A stretch of 56,805 bases of DNA, taken from positions 1 through 56,805 of the forward strand of contig JBAXWU010000001.1 of the NCBI GenBank assembly GCA_037128235.1. Reading direction: 5' to 3'. The notes beneath the pieces are model-generated. The model did not search any database and had not been told where the DNA came from. It saw only the letters and a list, made by a program, of their open reading frames with translations. Positions 7,947 to 18,154 of the stretch are shown one piece after another; position 1 is the first letter of the stretch, and every line of letters starts with the position of its first letter. Origin of the DNA: Chitinophagia bacterium. GTDB lineage: Bacteria; Bacteroidota; Bacteroidia; Chitinophagales; Chitinophagaceae. The position numbers were made by a program, and so were the translations under genes.

Positions 7947-10469
7947 ATGGCAAAAGAGAAAAATTTAAGTAGGGTTACAGAGAATGAATCTGGTGTTCAA
8001 GGCCAATATAAAAATTGGTTCTTAGAATATGCTTCTTATGTAATATTAGAGCGTGCTGTGCCTGCTATTGAAGATGGTTTAAAACCAGTACAGCGTAGAA
8101 TTTTACATGCCATGAAGGAAATGGATGATGGCAGGTTTAATAAAGTGGCTAATATTATTGGACAAAGTATGCAGTATCATCCGCATGGCGATGCAAGTAT
8201 TGGAGATGCCCTAGTGAATATTGGTCAGAAAGATATGTTAGTAGAAACCCAAGGTAACTGGGGTGATGTAAGAACTGGAGATGATGCAGCTGCAGCTAGA
8301 TATATTGAAGCGCGTTTAAGCAAGTTTGCTTTAGAAGTTGCCTTTAATGGTAAAACTACCGACTGGGCTTTAAGTTATGATGGTCGTAAACAAGAACCGG
8401 TAACCTTACCGATGAAGTTCCCATTGTTATTAGCACAAGGAGCCGATGGTATTGCAGTTGGATTATCTACTAAAATTTTACCGCATAATTTTATAGAATT
8501 GACCGATGCTGCTATCAAACATTTAAGAGGAAAGAAGTTTCAGTTATTACCCGATTTTCAAACAGGGGGTATGATTGATGCTAGTAATTATAATGATGGA
8601 AGAAGAGGCAGCAAAGTTAGAGTAAGAGCACATATTGAAGAGTTCGATAAAAAAACCTTACTTATTAAGGATGTACCTTATGGTGTTACCACTACTCAAC
8701 TCATGGAAAGTATTACCAAGGCCAATGACCAGGGTAAAATTAAAATTAAAAAAGTAACCGATGTTACTGCTGCCGAAGTAGAAATTCAAATTGATTTAGC
8801 TGCAGGTATTTCACCAGATATTACCATAGATGCTTTATATGCTTTTACCGATTGTGAAATAAGTATTTCACCCAATGCCTGTGTGATTGTTGGTCAAAAA
8901 CCTCAATTTTTAGGAGCTTCCGATTTACTGCGTCACTCTGTTGACCATACCAAGGGCTTATTAGAACTAGAATTAAAAATTCAATTAAAAGAATTAGAAG
9001 ATAAATGGCATTTCACCAGTTTAGAAAAAATATTCTTTGAAGAAAAAATATACAAGGAGCTTGAAAAGAAACATGCTAGCTGGGATAAAGTGATTGATGC
9101 CATTAACGATGCTTTTCTACCTTTTAAAAAGAAGTTTAAAAAAACTATTGAACGTACCGACTTATTAAAATTAACCGATAAGCCGGTTAGAAGAATCTAT
9201 AAGTTAGATATAGATGAGTTAAATGCGCAAATAAAAACCATTGAAGAAGAAATTAGAGAAGTAAAAAATCATTTAGCCAATTTAGTGGACTATTGTGTGG
9301 CTTATTATGAGAACTTAACTAAGAAATATGGTAAGGGCAAGGAACGTAAAACAGAAATTAAAGAGTTCGATACCATTCAAGTAAAGCAAGTAGCCATTGC
9401 GAATACTAAATTATACATTAATAGAGCAGAAGGTTTTGTGGGTACTAGTTTGAAGAAAGATGAATTCTTATGTGATTGCACCGACTATGATGATATTATT
9501 GCCTTCGCCAAGTCTGGGGTCATGAAAGTGGTAAAGGTTTCTGACAAAGTATTTATTGGAAAAGATATTATTCATGCAGCCGTCTTTCAGAAAAATGATG
9601 AACGTACCACTTATAATATGGTGTATTCCGATGGTGCTTCTGGTATTACTTACTCAAAACGTTTTAATGTAACAGGTGTTACACGAGATAAAGAATATTT
9701 TTTAGCTAAGAGTACAGAGAAGTCTAAAGTGCACTATATGTCGGTGAATATGAATGGGGAAGCAGAATCGGTGAAAGTAATTTTAAGTCCCAATTGTTCT
9801 GCGCGCATTAAAGAGTTTGACTTTTTCTTTGATACCCTTGAAGTAAAAGGCAGAAGTAGTGTGGGTAATCAGGTGACTAAGTATCCTGTAAAGGCCATAA
9901 AACTTAAAGAAGCGGGTAAAAGCACCTTAACGGGACGTAAATTATGGTTTGATGATAAGTTTGGCCGTTTAAATACCGATGAGAAAGGTATTTATTTGGG
10001 TACCTTTGAAGACGAGAAGTTATTAGTCATTACCAAGGATGGTAATTATGAAGTAACTGATACAGAACAAAACCAACGTTTCGACCCAGAGAAAGTCATT
10101 TTTATGGAGAAGTTTGATCCAGCAAAAATTGTAACCGCTGTTTATTTAGATAAGGATAAATTACAATTTAATATTAAACGCTTCCTTATTGAAACCACTA
10201 CTTTAAAAACACCTTTCACTTTTATAAAAGAAGGTACTGGTAATTATGTAGAGGCCGTTTCAACATTTGCAGAGCCCATATTAGCTGTTCATACGGGAAG
10301 AGGCACTCAAGTTCGAAAGACGAAGTTTAAAGTGAGTAAAATGGTGGATATAATGGGTTGGAAAGCCATTGGTACTAAATTAGTGGACTTCTCTAAAACC
10401 GTAGAAATGTCTTGGGAAAATAAAGTTGTCATAAAGGATCCGAACGATACACAACCAGAATTATTTTAA
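7947..10469 (+). CDS. parC: DNA topoisomerase IV subunit A
   Basis: ERAVPAIEDGLKPVQRRIL, YHPHGDAS, catalytic Tyr in AAARYIEAR. Lies in the same run as parE. Confidence 0.93.
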   Translation: MAKEKNLSRVTENESGVQGQYKNWFLEYASYVILERAVPAIEDGLKPVQRRILHAMKEMDDGRFNKVANIIGQSMQYHPHGDASIGDALVNIGQKDMLVETQGNWGDVRTGDDAAAARYIEARLSKFALEVAFNGKTTDWALSYDGRKQEPVTLPMKFPLLLAQGADGIAVGLSTKILPHNFIELTDAAIKHLRGKKFQLLPDFQTGGMIDASNYNDGRRGSKVRVRAHIEEFDKKTLLIKDVPYGVTTTQLMESITKANDQGKIKIKKVTDVTAAEVEIQIDLAAGISPDITIDALYAFTDCEISISPNACVIVGQKPQFLGASDLLRHSVDHTKGLLELELKIQLKELEDKWHFTSLEKIFFEEKIYKELEKKHASWDKVIDAINDAFLPFKKKFKKTIERTDLLKLTDKPVRRIYKLDIDELNAQIKTIEEEIREVKNHLANLVDYCVAYYENLTKKYGKGKERKTEIKEFDTIQVKQVAIANTKLYINRAEGFVGTSLKKDEFLCDCTDYDDIIAFAKSGVMKVVKVSDKVFIGKDIIHAAVFQKNDERTTYNMVYSDGASGITYSKRFNVTGVTRDKEYFLAKSTEKSKVHYMSVNMNGEAESVKVILSPNCSARIKEFDFFFDTLEVKGRSSVGNQVTKYPVKAIKLKEAGKSTLTGRKLWFDDKFGRLNTDEKGIYLGTFEDEKLLVITKDGNYEVTDTEQNQRFDPEKVIFMEKFDPAKIVTAVYLDKDKLQFNIKRFLIETTTLKTPFTFIKEGTGNYVEAVSTFAEPILAVHTGRGTQVRKTKFKVSKMVDIMGWKAIGTKLVDFSKTVEMSWENKVVIKDPNDTQPELF

Positions 10470-10484
10470 TTAAAAATAGAAATC

Positions 10485-11366
10485 ATGTCAACCATAAATG
10501 TAGGTCAGTTTAATTTGATGCGTGTAGACCGAAAAGTTGATTTTGGTTTTTATATGGATGATGGTGGGGAAGGTATTTTACTTCCAAAGCGTTTTGTGCC
10601 TTCAGGCTTACAAATAGGAGATACTATTAGTGTATTTGTTTACCACGACTCTGATAACAGGCTAATTGCCACTACCCAAGAACCTTTTGCAGTGGTAGGG
10701 GATATTGCTGCTTTAAAAGTAGTGGAGGTTACTTCACAAGGTGCTTTTTTAGATTGGGGTTTAATGAAAGATGTTTTTGTACCTGTCTCTCAACAACTAT
10801 CCACTATGCGTTTGGGAGGTAAGTATTTAGTGAAATTGTATATTGACGCACAAACTGGAAGAGTAGCTGCTACGGAAAAAATTGATAAACAAATTAACAA
10901 TGATGATTTAACAGTTAAAGAAGGTGAAAAAGTTAAGATACAAGTGTATAGAGAATCGGAAATTGGGTATGTGGTCATTGTGAATCAAGTGCACCAAGGT
11001 TTAGTATATAAAAATGAAGTATTTACGCATTTACATATTGGTCAGTTTATTGATGAAGCCTTTGTAAAGAAAATTAGAGAAGACAATAAATTAGACATTG
11101 GGCTGGGTAAACAAGGAGGAGAAAAATTAGCAGATGATAATCAAAAAATAATGAGTTTGCTAAAATCACATAAAGGATTTTTACCTTACCACGATAAATC
11201 GGCCCCAGATGATATTTATGCATTTTTTGGCATGAGTAAAAAGGCTTTTAAAATGAATGTGGGTATGCTCTATAAGTTAAAATTAATTAGTATTGAAGAG
11301 GATGGAATTCATTTAATACCAGAAACTAAACTAGATACAGCAGTGGAAGTATTGCCTACTACATAA
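10485..11366 (+). CDS. cvfB: CvfB family S1 RNA-binding protein
   Basis: Repeated S1 domains (VFVYHDSDNRLIATT, GAFLDWGLMKD) and a C-terminal winged helix (FGMSKKAFKMNVGMLYK). Confidence 0.85.
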   Translation: MSTINVGQFNLMRVDRKVDFGFYMDDGGEGILLPKRFVPSGLQIGDTISVFVYHDSDNRLIATTQEPFAVVGDIAALKVVEVTSQGAFLDWGLMKDVFVPVSQQLSTMRLGGKYLVKLYIDAQTGRVAATEKIDKQINNDDLTVKEGEKVKIQVYRESEIGYVVIVNQVHQGLVYKNEVFTHLHIGQFIDEAFVKKIREDNKLDIGLGKQGGEKLADDNQKIMSLLKSHKGFLPYHDKSAPDDIYAFFGMSKKAFKMNVGMLYKLKLISIEEDGIHLIPETKLDTAVEVLPTT

Positions 11367-11450
11367 GTGTATTAATTAAGTTAATATATTAGTTATTAGT
11401 AAGCATTTATTTTATAGGATACATTAGATAATAGAATTAAATTTTTAAGT

Positions 11451-12632
11451 ATGAATAAGGAAGTCTATATCGTTGCCGCAGTAAGAACACCCATTGGTTC
11501 TTTTGGAGGAACCTTAGGTTCATTATCAGCTACAGCCTTGGGGGGTATTGCCATTAAAGGAGCATTAGAGAAAGCGGGACTATCTAAAGATTTAGTGGAT
11601 GAGGTTATAATGGGATCAGTTATTCAAGCAGGGCTAGGTCAGGCCCCAGCAAGACAGGCAGCAAAAGCGGCAGGTCTTCCCGATAAAGTTATTTGCACTA
11701 CTATTAATAAAGTATGTGCTAGTGGAATGAAGTCCATTGCCATTGCTGCTCAAAATATAATGCTCGAAAACGCCGACATTATTATTGCAGGTGGAATGGA
11801 AAGTATGAGTAATGTTCCTTTTTATAATACGTCTCAAAGATGGGGTAATAAATATGGCGATACGGTAATGCAAGATGGTTTAGCAAAAGATGGCTTAGTG
11901 GATGTTTACGATAAAGTAGCCATGGGTAATTTTGCAGATACTTGTGCCACAAAATACAGTGTTAGTAGAGAAGCGCAAGACGCATTTGCGGTGAATAGTT
12001 ATAAAAAAGCACAAGCTGCAATGGAAAATGGTTGGTTTAAAGATGAAATTGTACCGGTAGAAATTCCACAGAAAAAAGGAGCCTCTATTATTATAGATAA
12101 AGATGAAGAACCTTCAAAAGTAAATTTTGATAAACTACCCCAATCAAATCCAGTCTTTAGTAAAGAAGGCACCGTTACGGCAGCCAATGCAAGTACCATG
12201 AATGATGGAGCAGCCGCTGTTGTTTTAATGAGTGCAGCTAAGGCAAATGAATTAGGTATAAAGCCCATTGCCATTATAAAAAGTTTTGCCGATGCAGAAC
12301 AAGATCCAAAATGGTTTACTACTTCTCCTGCACTAGCGCTTCCTAAGGCATTAGCTAAGGCCAATATAAAAATAGAGGATATTGATTTTTTTGAATTTAA
12401 CGAAGCCTTCTCTGTAGTGGGTATTGTGAATACAGAAATTTTAAAAATAGATTCTAGTAAAGTAAATGTACATGGTGGTGCGGTGGCATTAGGTCATCCA
12501 CTGGGATGTAGTGGAGCCAGAATTATGGTAAGCTTAATTCATATTCTTAAAAAGAATAAAGCAAAATATGGAGCAGCCGCTATATGTAATGGAGGAGGAG
12601 GAGCTTCAGCAATGGTGATTGAGCTTGTTTAA
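11451..12632 (+). CDS. Acetyl-CoA C-acetyltransferase (thiolase)
   Basis: INKVCASGMK, NEAF, GHPLGCSGAR, CNGGGG. Confidence 0.93.
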   Translation: MNKEVYIVAAVRTPIGSFGGTLGSLSATALGGIAIKGALEKAGLSKDLVDEVIMGSVIQAGLGQAPARQAAKAAGLPDKVICTTINKVCASGMKSIAIAAQNIMLENADIIIAGGMESMSNVPFYNTSQRWGNKYGDTVMQDGLAKDGLVDVYDKVAMGNFADTCATKYSVSREAQDAFAVNSYKKAQAAMENGWFKDEIVPVEIPQKKGASIIIDKDEEPSKVNFDKLPQSNPVFSKEGTVTAANASTMNDGAAAVVLMSAAKANELGIKPIAIIKSFADAEQDPKWFTTSPALALPKALAKANIKIEDIDFFEFNEAFSVVGIVNTEILKIDSSKVNVHGGAVALGHPLGCSGARIMVSLIHILKKNKAKYGAAAICNGGGGASAMVIELV

Positions 12633-12638
12633 AATTCA

Positions 12639-12974
12639 TTAAGCACGAACTGCCTGCTCTTCAATTTCTTCCATTTGAATGCCTCCATGACTTTCGTCGT
12701 AAACACAGTGGCCATTTTTAATTAACAATACCTGCGGCGATTCGTGTGACACATCAAAGCTTTCGGCAATTTCTTTTGAAATATTTCTATAGTTTAATAA
12801 GTCTAAATAGTGAAAATCTACATTATTAGGCGTAGCTGCTCTTTCTAATCTCGCTAGGGCCATTTTACTTATGCTACAAGTGGTACTATGTTTTAAAATC
12901 AATTGAGGTTTGGTAAAAGAAGCAGCTTTAATGGCTTCAATTTGATTGCTATCTATGATAGGATTCCATTGCAT
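12639..12974 (-). CDS. ytxJ: Bacillithiol system monothiol protein YtxJ (DUF2847)
   Basis: KHSTTCSIS, HESPQVLLIKNG, SHGGI. Start at the ATG at 12974; TAAATTTG at 13000-12993 on the minus strand. Confidence 0.85.
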   Translation of the reverse strand: MQWNPIIDSNQIEAIKAASFTKPQLILKHSTTCSISKMALARLERAATPNNVDFHYLDLLNYRNISKEIAESFDVSHESPQVLLIKNGHCVYDESHGGIQMEEIEEQAVRA

Positions 12975-13082
12975 AAATTCTAAATTTAAATGCAAATTTA
13001 AGCATTAAAATGGAACTAAATAAATATCTAATCATGATTTTAGTTGGTAAGATTAACTAACTTTACACTTATAATAAATTAT

Positions 13083-13850
13083 ATGCGTTTACAACTTAAC
13101 AGGGCTATTTGTTTTATTGATTTAGAAACTACAGGCATTAATGTAAGTACCGATAGAATTGTAGAAATTGCTATTGTAAAAATTATGCCTGATGGGACTA
13201 AGCAAGTAAAAAGAAAGTTAGTGAACCCAGAAATGCCTATTCCGAAGGCTGCATCGGATGTGCATGGTATTTCTGATGAAATGTTGAAAGACGCACCCAA
13301 TTTCAAACAAATTGCCAACGAAGTAAAACAATTTATTGAAGCTTCAGATTTAGCAGGTTATAATAGCAATAGATTTGATATTCCCATGTTAAATGAAGAA
13401 TTTTTAAGAGCAGGTATTAATGCCGATATTGAAACTAGAAAATTATTAGATGTGCAGAAAGTGTTTCATATGATGGAGCAAAGAACCTTAACTGCTGCTT
13501 ATAAATTTTATTGCAATAAGAGTTTAGAAGATGCCCATAGTGCTGAAGTAGATGCTACTGCGACTTGGGAAATTTTGGAAGCTCAGCTAGAGAAATACCC
13601 TCAAATTGGTAATTCTGTGGAATCTATTGTGAAATTTACGGGAGAAGATGAAATAATTGATTTTGCACGCCGTTTTGTCTTTGAAAATGGAGTGGAAGTT
13701 TTTAATTTTGGTAAACACAAGGGCAAGCCTGTAACTCAAGTACTTAAGGAGGAGCCACAATACTATGATTGGATGATGAAAGGCGATTTTGCCCTTCATA
13801 CCAAGCAAAAATTGACTGAAATACTCAATAAGTCCATTCTGCATAAGTAG
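13083..13850 (+). CDS. DEDDh 3'-5' exonuclease (DNA polymerase III epsilon-like)
   Basis: FIDLETTG, GYNSNRFD, AHSAEVD, C-terminal FGKHKG. ATG at 13083. Confidence 0.88.
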   Translation: MRLQLNRAICFIDLETTGINVSTDRIVEIAIVKIMPDGTKQVKRKLVNPEMPIPKAASDVHGISDEMLKDAPNFKQIANEVKQFIEASDLAGYNSNRFDIPMLNEEFLRAGINADIETRKLLDVQKVFHMMEQRTLTAAYKFYCNKSLEDAHSAEVDATATWEILEAQLEKYPQIGNSVESIVKFTGEDEIIDFARRFVFENGVEVFNFGKHKGKPVTQVLKEEPQYYDWMMKGDFALHTKQKLTEILNKSILHK

Positions 13851-13905
13851 GAATTAGTTTTTTGCCTTTTTTTCGTATTTTTATGCGAACAGCCCCCAGT
13901 TTATT

Positions 13906-14661
13906 GTGAAAAAATTAGTTTTAATACCAACTTTCAACGAAAAAGAGAACATCTCTGCTATTTTACATGCAGTTCTTGGACTCTCTTCGGATTATCATGT
14001 CTTAATTATAGACGATAATTCTCCCGATGGAACTGCAGCCATTGTGGAGTCTCTAATGGGGAAATTCTTAGAACGATTATTCATTTTAAAGCGACCAGGC
14101 AAACAAGGTTTAGGTACTGCCTATATTCAAGGTTTTAAATGGGCTTTAGATAATAACTACGATTATATATTTGAGATGGACGCCGATTTTTCTCATAACC
14201 CCAATGATTTAGACCGATTATTGAATGCTTGTGAAGAAAATGGAGCAGATGTTTCTATTGGAAGCAGATATGTAAAAGGAGGAGAAACAGAAAACTGGCC
14301 ATTAGATAGAAGAATTTATAGTATTGGAGGTTCGGCCTATACAAGATTAATTACGGGTATGCCAATCAAGGATCCTACAGCGGGCTTTATTTGTTATAAA
14401 AACAAAGTACTAGCCGATATTAATTTGGACTCCATTCATTTTATTGGATATGCATTCCAAATTGAAATGAAATTTGCAGCATGGAAATTAGGCTATAAGA
14501 TTAAAGAAGTGCCTATTACATTTGTAGATAGAAAAATAGGAATTAGTAAAATGTCCAAAGGTATTATTAAAGAAGCCATGTTAGGTGTTCTTAATATGCA
14601 GTGGCAGTCATCCACTGGAAGCTTTATTAAAATAATAAAACGCATTCGTGTCAACTTTTAA
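13906..14661 (+). CDS. Polyprenol monophosphomannose synthase (GT2, DPM1-like)
   Basis: IPTFNE, DDNSPDGT, GLGTAY, EMDADFSH, GSRY. GTG start. Confidence 0.88.
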   Translation: MKKLVLIPTFNEKENISAILHAVLGLSSDYHVLIIDDNSPDGTAAIVESLMGKFLERLFILKRPGKQGLGTAYIQGFKWALDNNYDYIFEMDADFSHNPNDLDRLLNACEENGADVSIGSRYVKGGETENWPLDRRIYSIGGSAYTRLITGMPIKDPTAGFICYKNKVLADINLDSIHFIGYAFQIEMKFAAWKLGYKIKEVPITFVDRKIGISKMSKGIIKEAMLGVLNMQWQSSTGSFIKIIKRIRVNF

Positions 14662-15544
14662 GAAGGCCTTATTACAATTGCATGTTTTTGTTTTCTTAGC
14701 AGGACTTACCGGATCTTTAGGTTTTTTAATTAAGCTCAATGGTTTAGTTTTAGTATTTTACCGCATTCTTATAACTGTTATTGTGTTATGGGTATTGGCT
14801 TTATTTAGAAAGAATATTCATTCGTATAATCTTAAAACAAAATTATCCTTACTAGGTACTGGTGTTATTATTGCACTTCATTGGGTTTGTTTTTACCAAA
14901 GTATTAAACTTGCGAATATATCTATTGCCTTGGTTTGCTTTTCTAGTACTAGTTTGTTTAGTTCATTTTTAGAACCATTGTGGAAACATGCTAAATTTCA
15001 ATTTAGTGAGATACTCATAGGTTTATTAAGTTTATTGGGCATATTACTCATTTTTCATTTTGATACCCAATTTAGACTTGGAATTATTGTAGGATTATGT
15101 TCAGCTTTTTTTGCAGCAATTTTTTCTATCATTAATAAACAATTTACTAGTCATATTGATGTACAAACCATTCAATCCTATGAAATGACAGGAGGCTTAT
15201 TATTTTTACTTCCTTTGGTATTATTACTAGGATACAATACAGGATTTAATTCCATAGGGCTTATACCAACATCAATGGATTGGTTTTGGTTATCAATATT
15301 AGCCATAGCTTGTACTGTATGGTCAACGCATCTTATGCTATCTTCCCTCAAACATATTAGCGCCTTTACCTTAAATGTAACTTTGAATTTAGAACCTGTA
15401 TATGGTATTATACTTGCCTTTATCCTTTTTAAAGAACAAAAACAACTTGGACTTAGTTTTTACGCAGGTATTGTATGTATTATCTTATCTGTGCTTATAC
15501 AAATGAGAAGGGTGGTGAAACAACAGCGTATTCAACAAGCCTAA
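14648..15544 (+). CDS. DMT/EamA family transporter
   Basis: About 10 hydrophobic helices in two repeats; LEPVYGIILA. Confidence 0.85.
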   Translation: MSTFKKALLQLHVFVFLAGLTGSLGFLIKLNGLVLVFYRILITVIVLWVLALFRKNIHSYNLKTKLSLLGTGVIIALHWVCFYQSIKLANISIALVCFSSTSLFSSFLEPLWKHAKFQFSEILIGLLSLLGILLIFHFDTQFRLGIIVGLCSAFFAAIFSIINKQFTSHIDVQTIQSYEMTGGLLFLLPLVLLLGYNTGFNSIGLIPTSMDWFWLSILAIACTVWSTHLMLSSLKHISAFTLNVTLNLEPVYGIILAFILFKEQKQLGLSFYAGIVCIILSVLIQMRRVVKQQRIQQA

Positions 15545-15623
15545 ATTAATGATGGCTTTATAAAATGAATATAAAGTACAATTAGAATTTGTTAAAATTA
15601 ATTATAATTTATTGAGAGAATTA

Positions 15624-18074
15624 TTAGAACTCAAAAATAAATCCTACTGTAGGCGTTACAAAAATGGTATTGTTTTCGTAAAAAGAAGGTTCGGCATTAG
15701 AGCCATCTTTTTTAAGTGCTAAGCCATCGGTTGTTTTAAAATTACCATTTGCTTCATAAGAAAATATATAATAGGGAGGAGATACGGTTTTAGCTCCATA
15801 CCAATTGGTAACATCTATATAAAAATCAAATGTCGATTTCTTATAATTGTATTTTTTATCTAATCGTAAATCGCTTGATTGAAAGGCTCTATTGCGTAAG
15901 GTGTTTAATTTAGAGTAGTCAAATATGCCTGTGCCTAAGGTGGCAAAGTTTAATTTACTTAAATTCATATCATAAGGAGTATAGGGAGCACCACCTTGGT
16001 ACCTGAATTTAATACCTAATTCCCAGTTTCTATTAAACTTATAACCACCCGTTACACTAAGCAAGTGAATATTCTCCCATGAACTAGGACTGTATTTCCC
16101 TTGAATATCGGTGTAAGAACTTCTGAAGAAACTATAACTAGCAACTCCAAAAAAGCGCTTGGTTAATTTTTGTTGCGCAAATAATTCATAGCCATAGCTT
16201 CTACCTAATCCAACAGTAGAAATATCTTCATTACCTAGAATATTAAAATCGGCGCCTAGATTTGATAAACTAATTCCTTTTTCTTTGCTAATAGGTACTC
16301 CTGTATATCTTTTATAAAAAACTTCAGCTGTAAAACGAGTCGATTCAGACTTTAAATATTCAATACCCGTTACATAGTGGAAGCTTCCAATATAGCTAGC
16401 ATCTCTATTTAAATAATTACCCGAGGCATCTTTAAATCCTAAAGAAGTATTAGGGGCAAGTTTGAAATACTGACCCACAGAGGCATTCCAAGTAAGTTGA
16501 TCCGATAATACAAAGCTTAAACTAATACGTGGCGATATTTGACGCATAATTTGATTACCCGTATTGGTAAAACTGTTACCGTCTTTTCTTATACCAGCAC
16601 TAATACCTAATCTATTATTAAAAGCTCTTTTACCCATCTGAAAGAAAGCACCATATTTTTTATAATTAAAACTAGTATTATAACGAATATAGGTCTTAGG
16701 ACCTGAGAGGGGAATAACCGAATTAGGAGATAAATTAATAAATTTCATGACTTGATACGTGCTATTATCATAGTTTATATCTGCTAAATTAACTCCAGTG
16801 GTGAATTTAATACCTAATAAGCTTTTAGATATGTCCCATCTTAAATTGTTGCCAATGTCATTGGAATTATAATCAAATGTTTTTTCTCCCTTATCGGGGA
16901 TTAAATTATTTTCATATTTTTCATTAACATTATACAAATTATTCTTACTTATTGCTAAATTCCAATATCCTTTTTTAATTAAATGCTTTAAAGTAACACC
17001 CATTGTATAACTCCATTGATTTATAGAAGGGCCCGAATTTAAAGCATAAATTTTTTCAGGTGTAGCATTTCTAGGGGTTGCAAATGCAAATTCATCAATG
17101 GCGCCCACGCCTAAGATGGTTAAAGTGGTTTTAGGGTCGATGGTATGCGTTACCTTAAACTGAAAATCCCAGAAATTAGGACGTATAGGCAAGTCTAATA
17201 CATGAAATAAATATTGTAAATAACTGCGTCTTGCAGATACTAGAAAAGTTGTTTTCCCATTTTTTGATAAGGGGCCTTCAAAAGTACTGGCAAACTCTGT
17301 GGCACCCATTCTTATATTACCTTGTACTTTATCGGTATTGCCTCTTTTTTGTTTGAACTCAAATACGGAAGAAAGTGCGTTATCGAATTTAGCATCAAAT
17401 GCAGAGGAAGATAATTTTACCTCATCAATAAAGGATACATTCAAGATACCTTGAGGACCACCCGCACTGCCTTGGGTGCTAAAATGGTTTATTACAGGTA
17501 TTTCTATGGCATCTAAATAAAATACATTTTCATTAGGGGCACCCCCTCTTACAATAATATCATTTCTAAAACTAGCTCCTGTCGAAGCAGAGCCTGTTAC
17601 CCCTGGTAAAGACTGCACCACTTTAGAAATATCAAAATTACTACCTGGGCTAGATTTAATCTCTTCTGAGCTTAGCTTTTGAACGCTTAAAGGAGTCTCT
17701 AAAGTAGCTGCTCTTACCGTTTTTCTATTACCACCCACTTTTACTTCTGCTAATTGAAATGACTCGGGAATTAATTCAATGGTATTACTGACTTCATTGC
17801 CAGAGCTAACTATAACATTAAATAAAGTAAGGGGGTAGGAACCTATGGAAATAAACTTTATTTGGTATTGCCCTGTAGGGATTGATTTTATAACATATTT
17901 ACCATTGCTATCTGTGATAGCTGAATAGGGGGTATTTAATACCTTGACTGAAACCCCTGCAATAGGAAACTGGGTATTTTTATCAACCACCCAACCTGAT
18001 ATATTACCCTTGTTTTGACCAAAGAGTAATGAAGTAGAAATTAGTAGGCAGGCGGCCAGAAAAATACCTTTCAT
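15624..18074 (-). CDS. TonB-dependent receptor with N-terminal carboxypeptidase-regulatory-like domain
   Basis: Signal peptide; plug motif SLPGV...IIVRGGAPNENVFYLD; C-terminal aromatic residue (GFIFEF). Confidence 0.88.
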   Translation of the reverse strand: MKGIFLAACLLISTSLLFGQNKGNISGWVVDKNTQFPIAGVSVKVLNTPYSAITDSNGKYVIKSIPTGQYQIKFISIGSYPLTLFNVIVSSGNEVSNTIELIPESFQLAEVKVGGNRKTVRAATLETPLSVQKLSSEEIKSSPGSNFDISKVVQSLPGVTGSASTGASFRNDIIVRGGAPNENVFYLDAIEIPVINHFSTQGSAGGPQGILNVSFIDEVKLSSSAFDAKFDNALSSVFEFKQKRGNTDKVQGNIRMGATEFASTFEGPLSKNGKTTFLVSARRSYLQYLFHVLDLPIRPNFWDFQFKVTHTIDPKTTLTILGVGAIDEFAFATPRNATPEKIYALNSGPSINQWSYTMGVTLKHLIKKGYWNLAISKNNLYNVNEKYENNLIPDKGEKTFDYNSNDIGNNLRWDISKSLLGIKFTTGVNLADINYDNSTYQVMKFINLSPNSVIPLSGPKTYIRYNTSFNYKKYGAFFQMGKRAFNNRLGISAGIRKDGNSFTNTGNQIMRQISPRISLSFVLSDQLTWNASVGQYFKLAPNTSLGFKDASGNYLNRDASYIGSFHYVTGIEYLKSESTRFTAEVFYKRYTGVPISKEKGISLSNLGADFNILGNEDISTVGLGRSYGYELFAQQKLTKRFFGVASYSFFRSSYTDIQGKYSPSSWENIHLLSVTGGYKFNRNWELGIKFRYQGGAPYTPYDMNLSKLNFATLGTGIFDYSKLNTLRNRAFQSSDLRLDKKYNYKKSTFDFYIDVTNWYGAKTVSPPYYIFSYEANGNFKTTDGLALKKDGSNAEPSFYENNTIFVTPTVGFIFEF

Positions 18075-18091
18075 AAAATAATTTAAGTATG

Positions 18092-18099
18092 CAAATCTA
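18092..18099 (-). promoter_or_regulatory. -7 element for the TonB receptor gene
   Basis: TAGATTTG on the minus strand, 17 nt before the ATG. Confidence 0.55.
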
Positions 18100-18154
18100 A
18101 GTTAAAAAAGATTTCAAAACTATTAGTATATTACAATTGTTAAAAAACCAATAT

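Noticed and set aside
8178-8210. Ala at the GyrA Ser83-equivalent position (HPHGDAS) as acquired quinolone resistance
   Set aside because: To my knowledge GDAS is the usual sequence in Bacteroidota ParC-type proteins, so nothing indicates a recent mutation.
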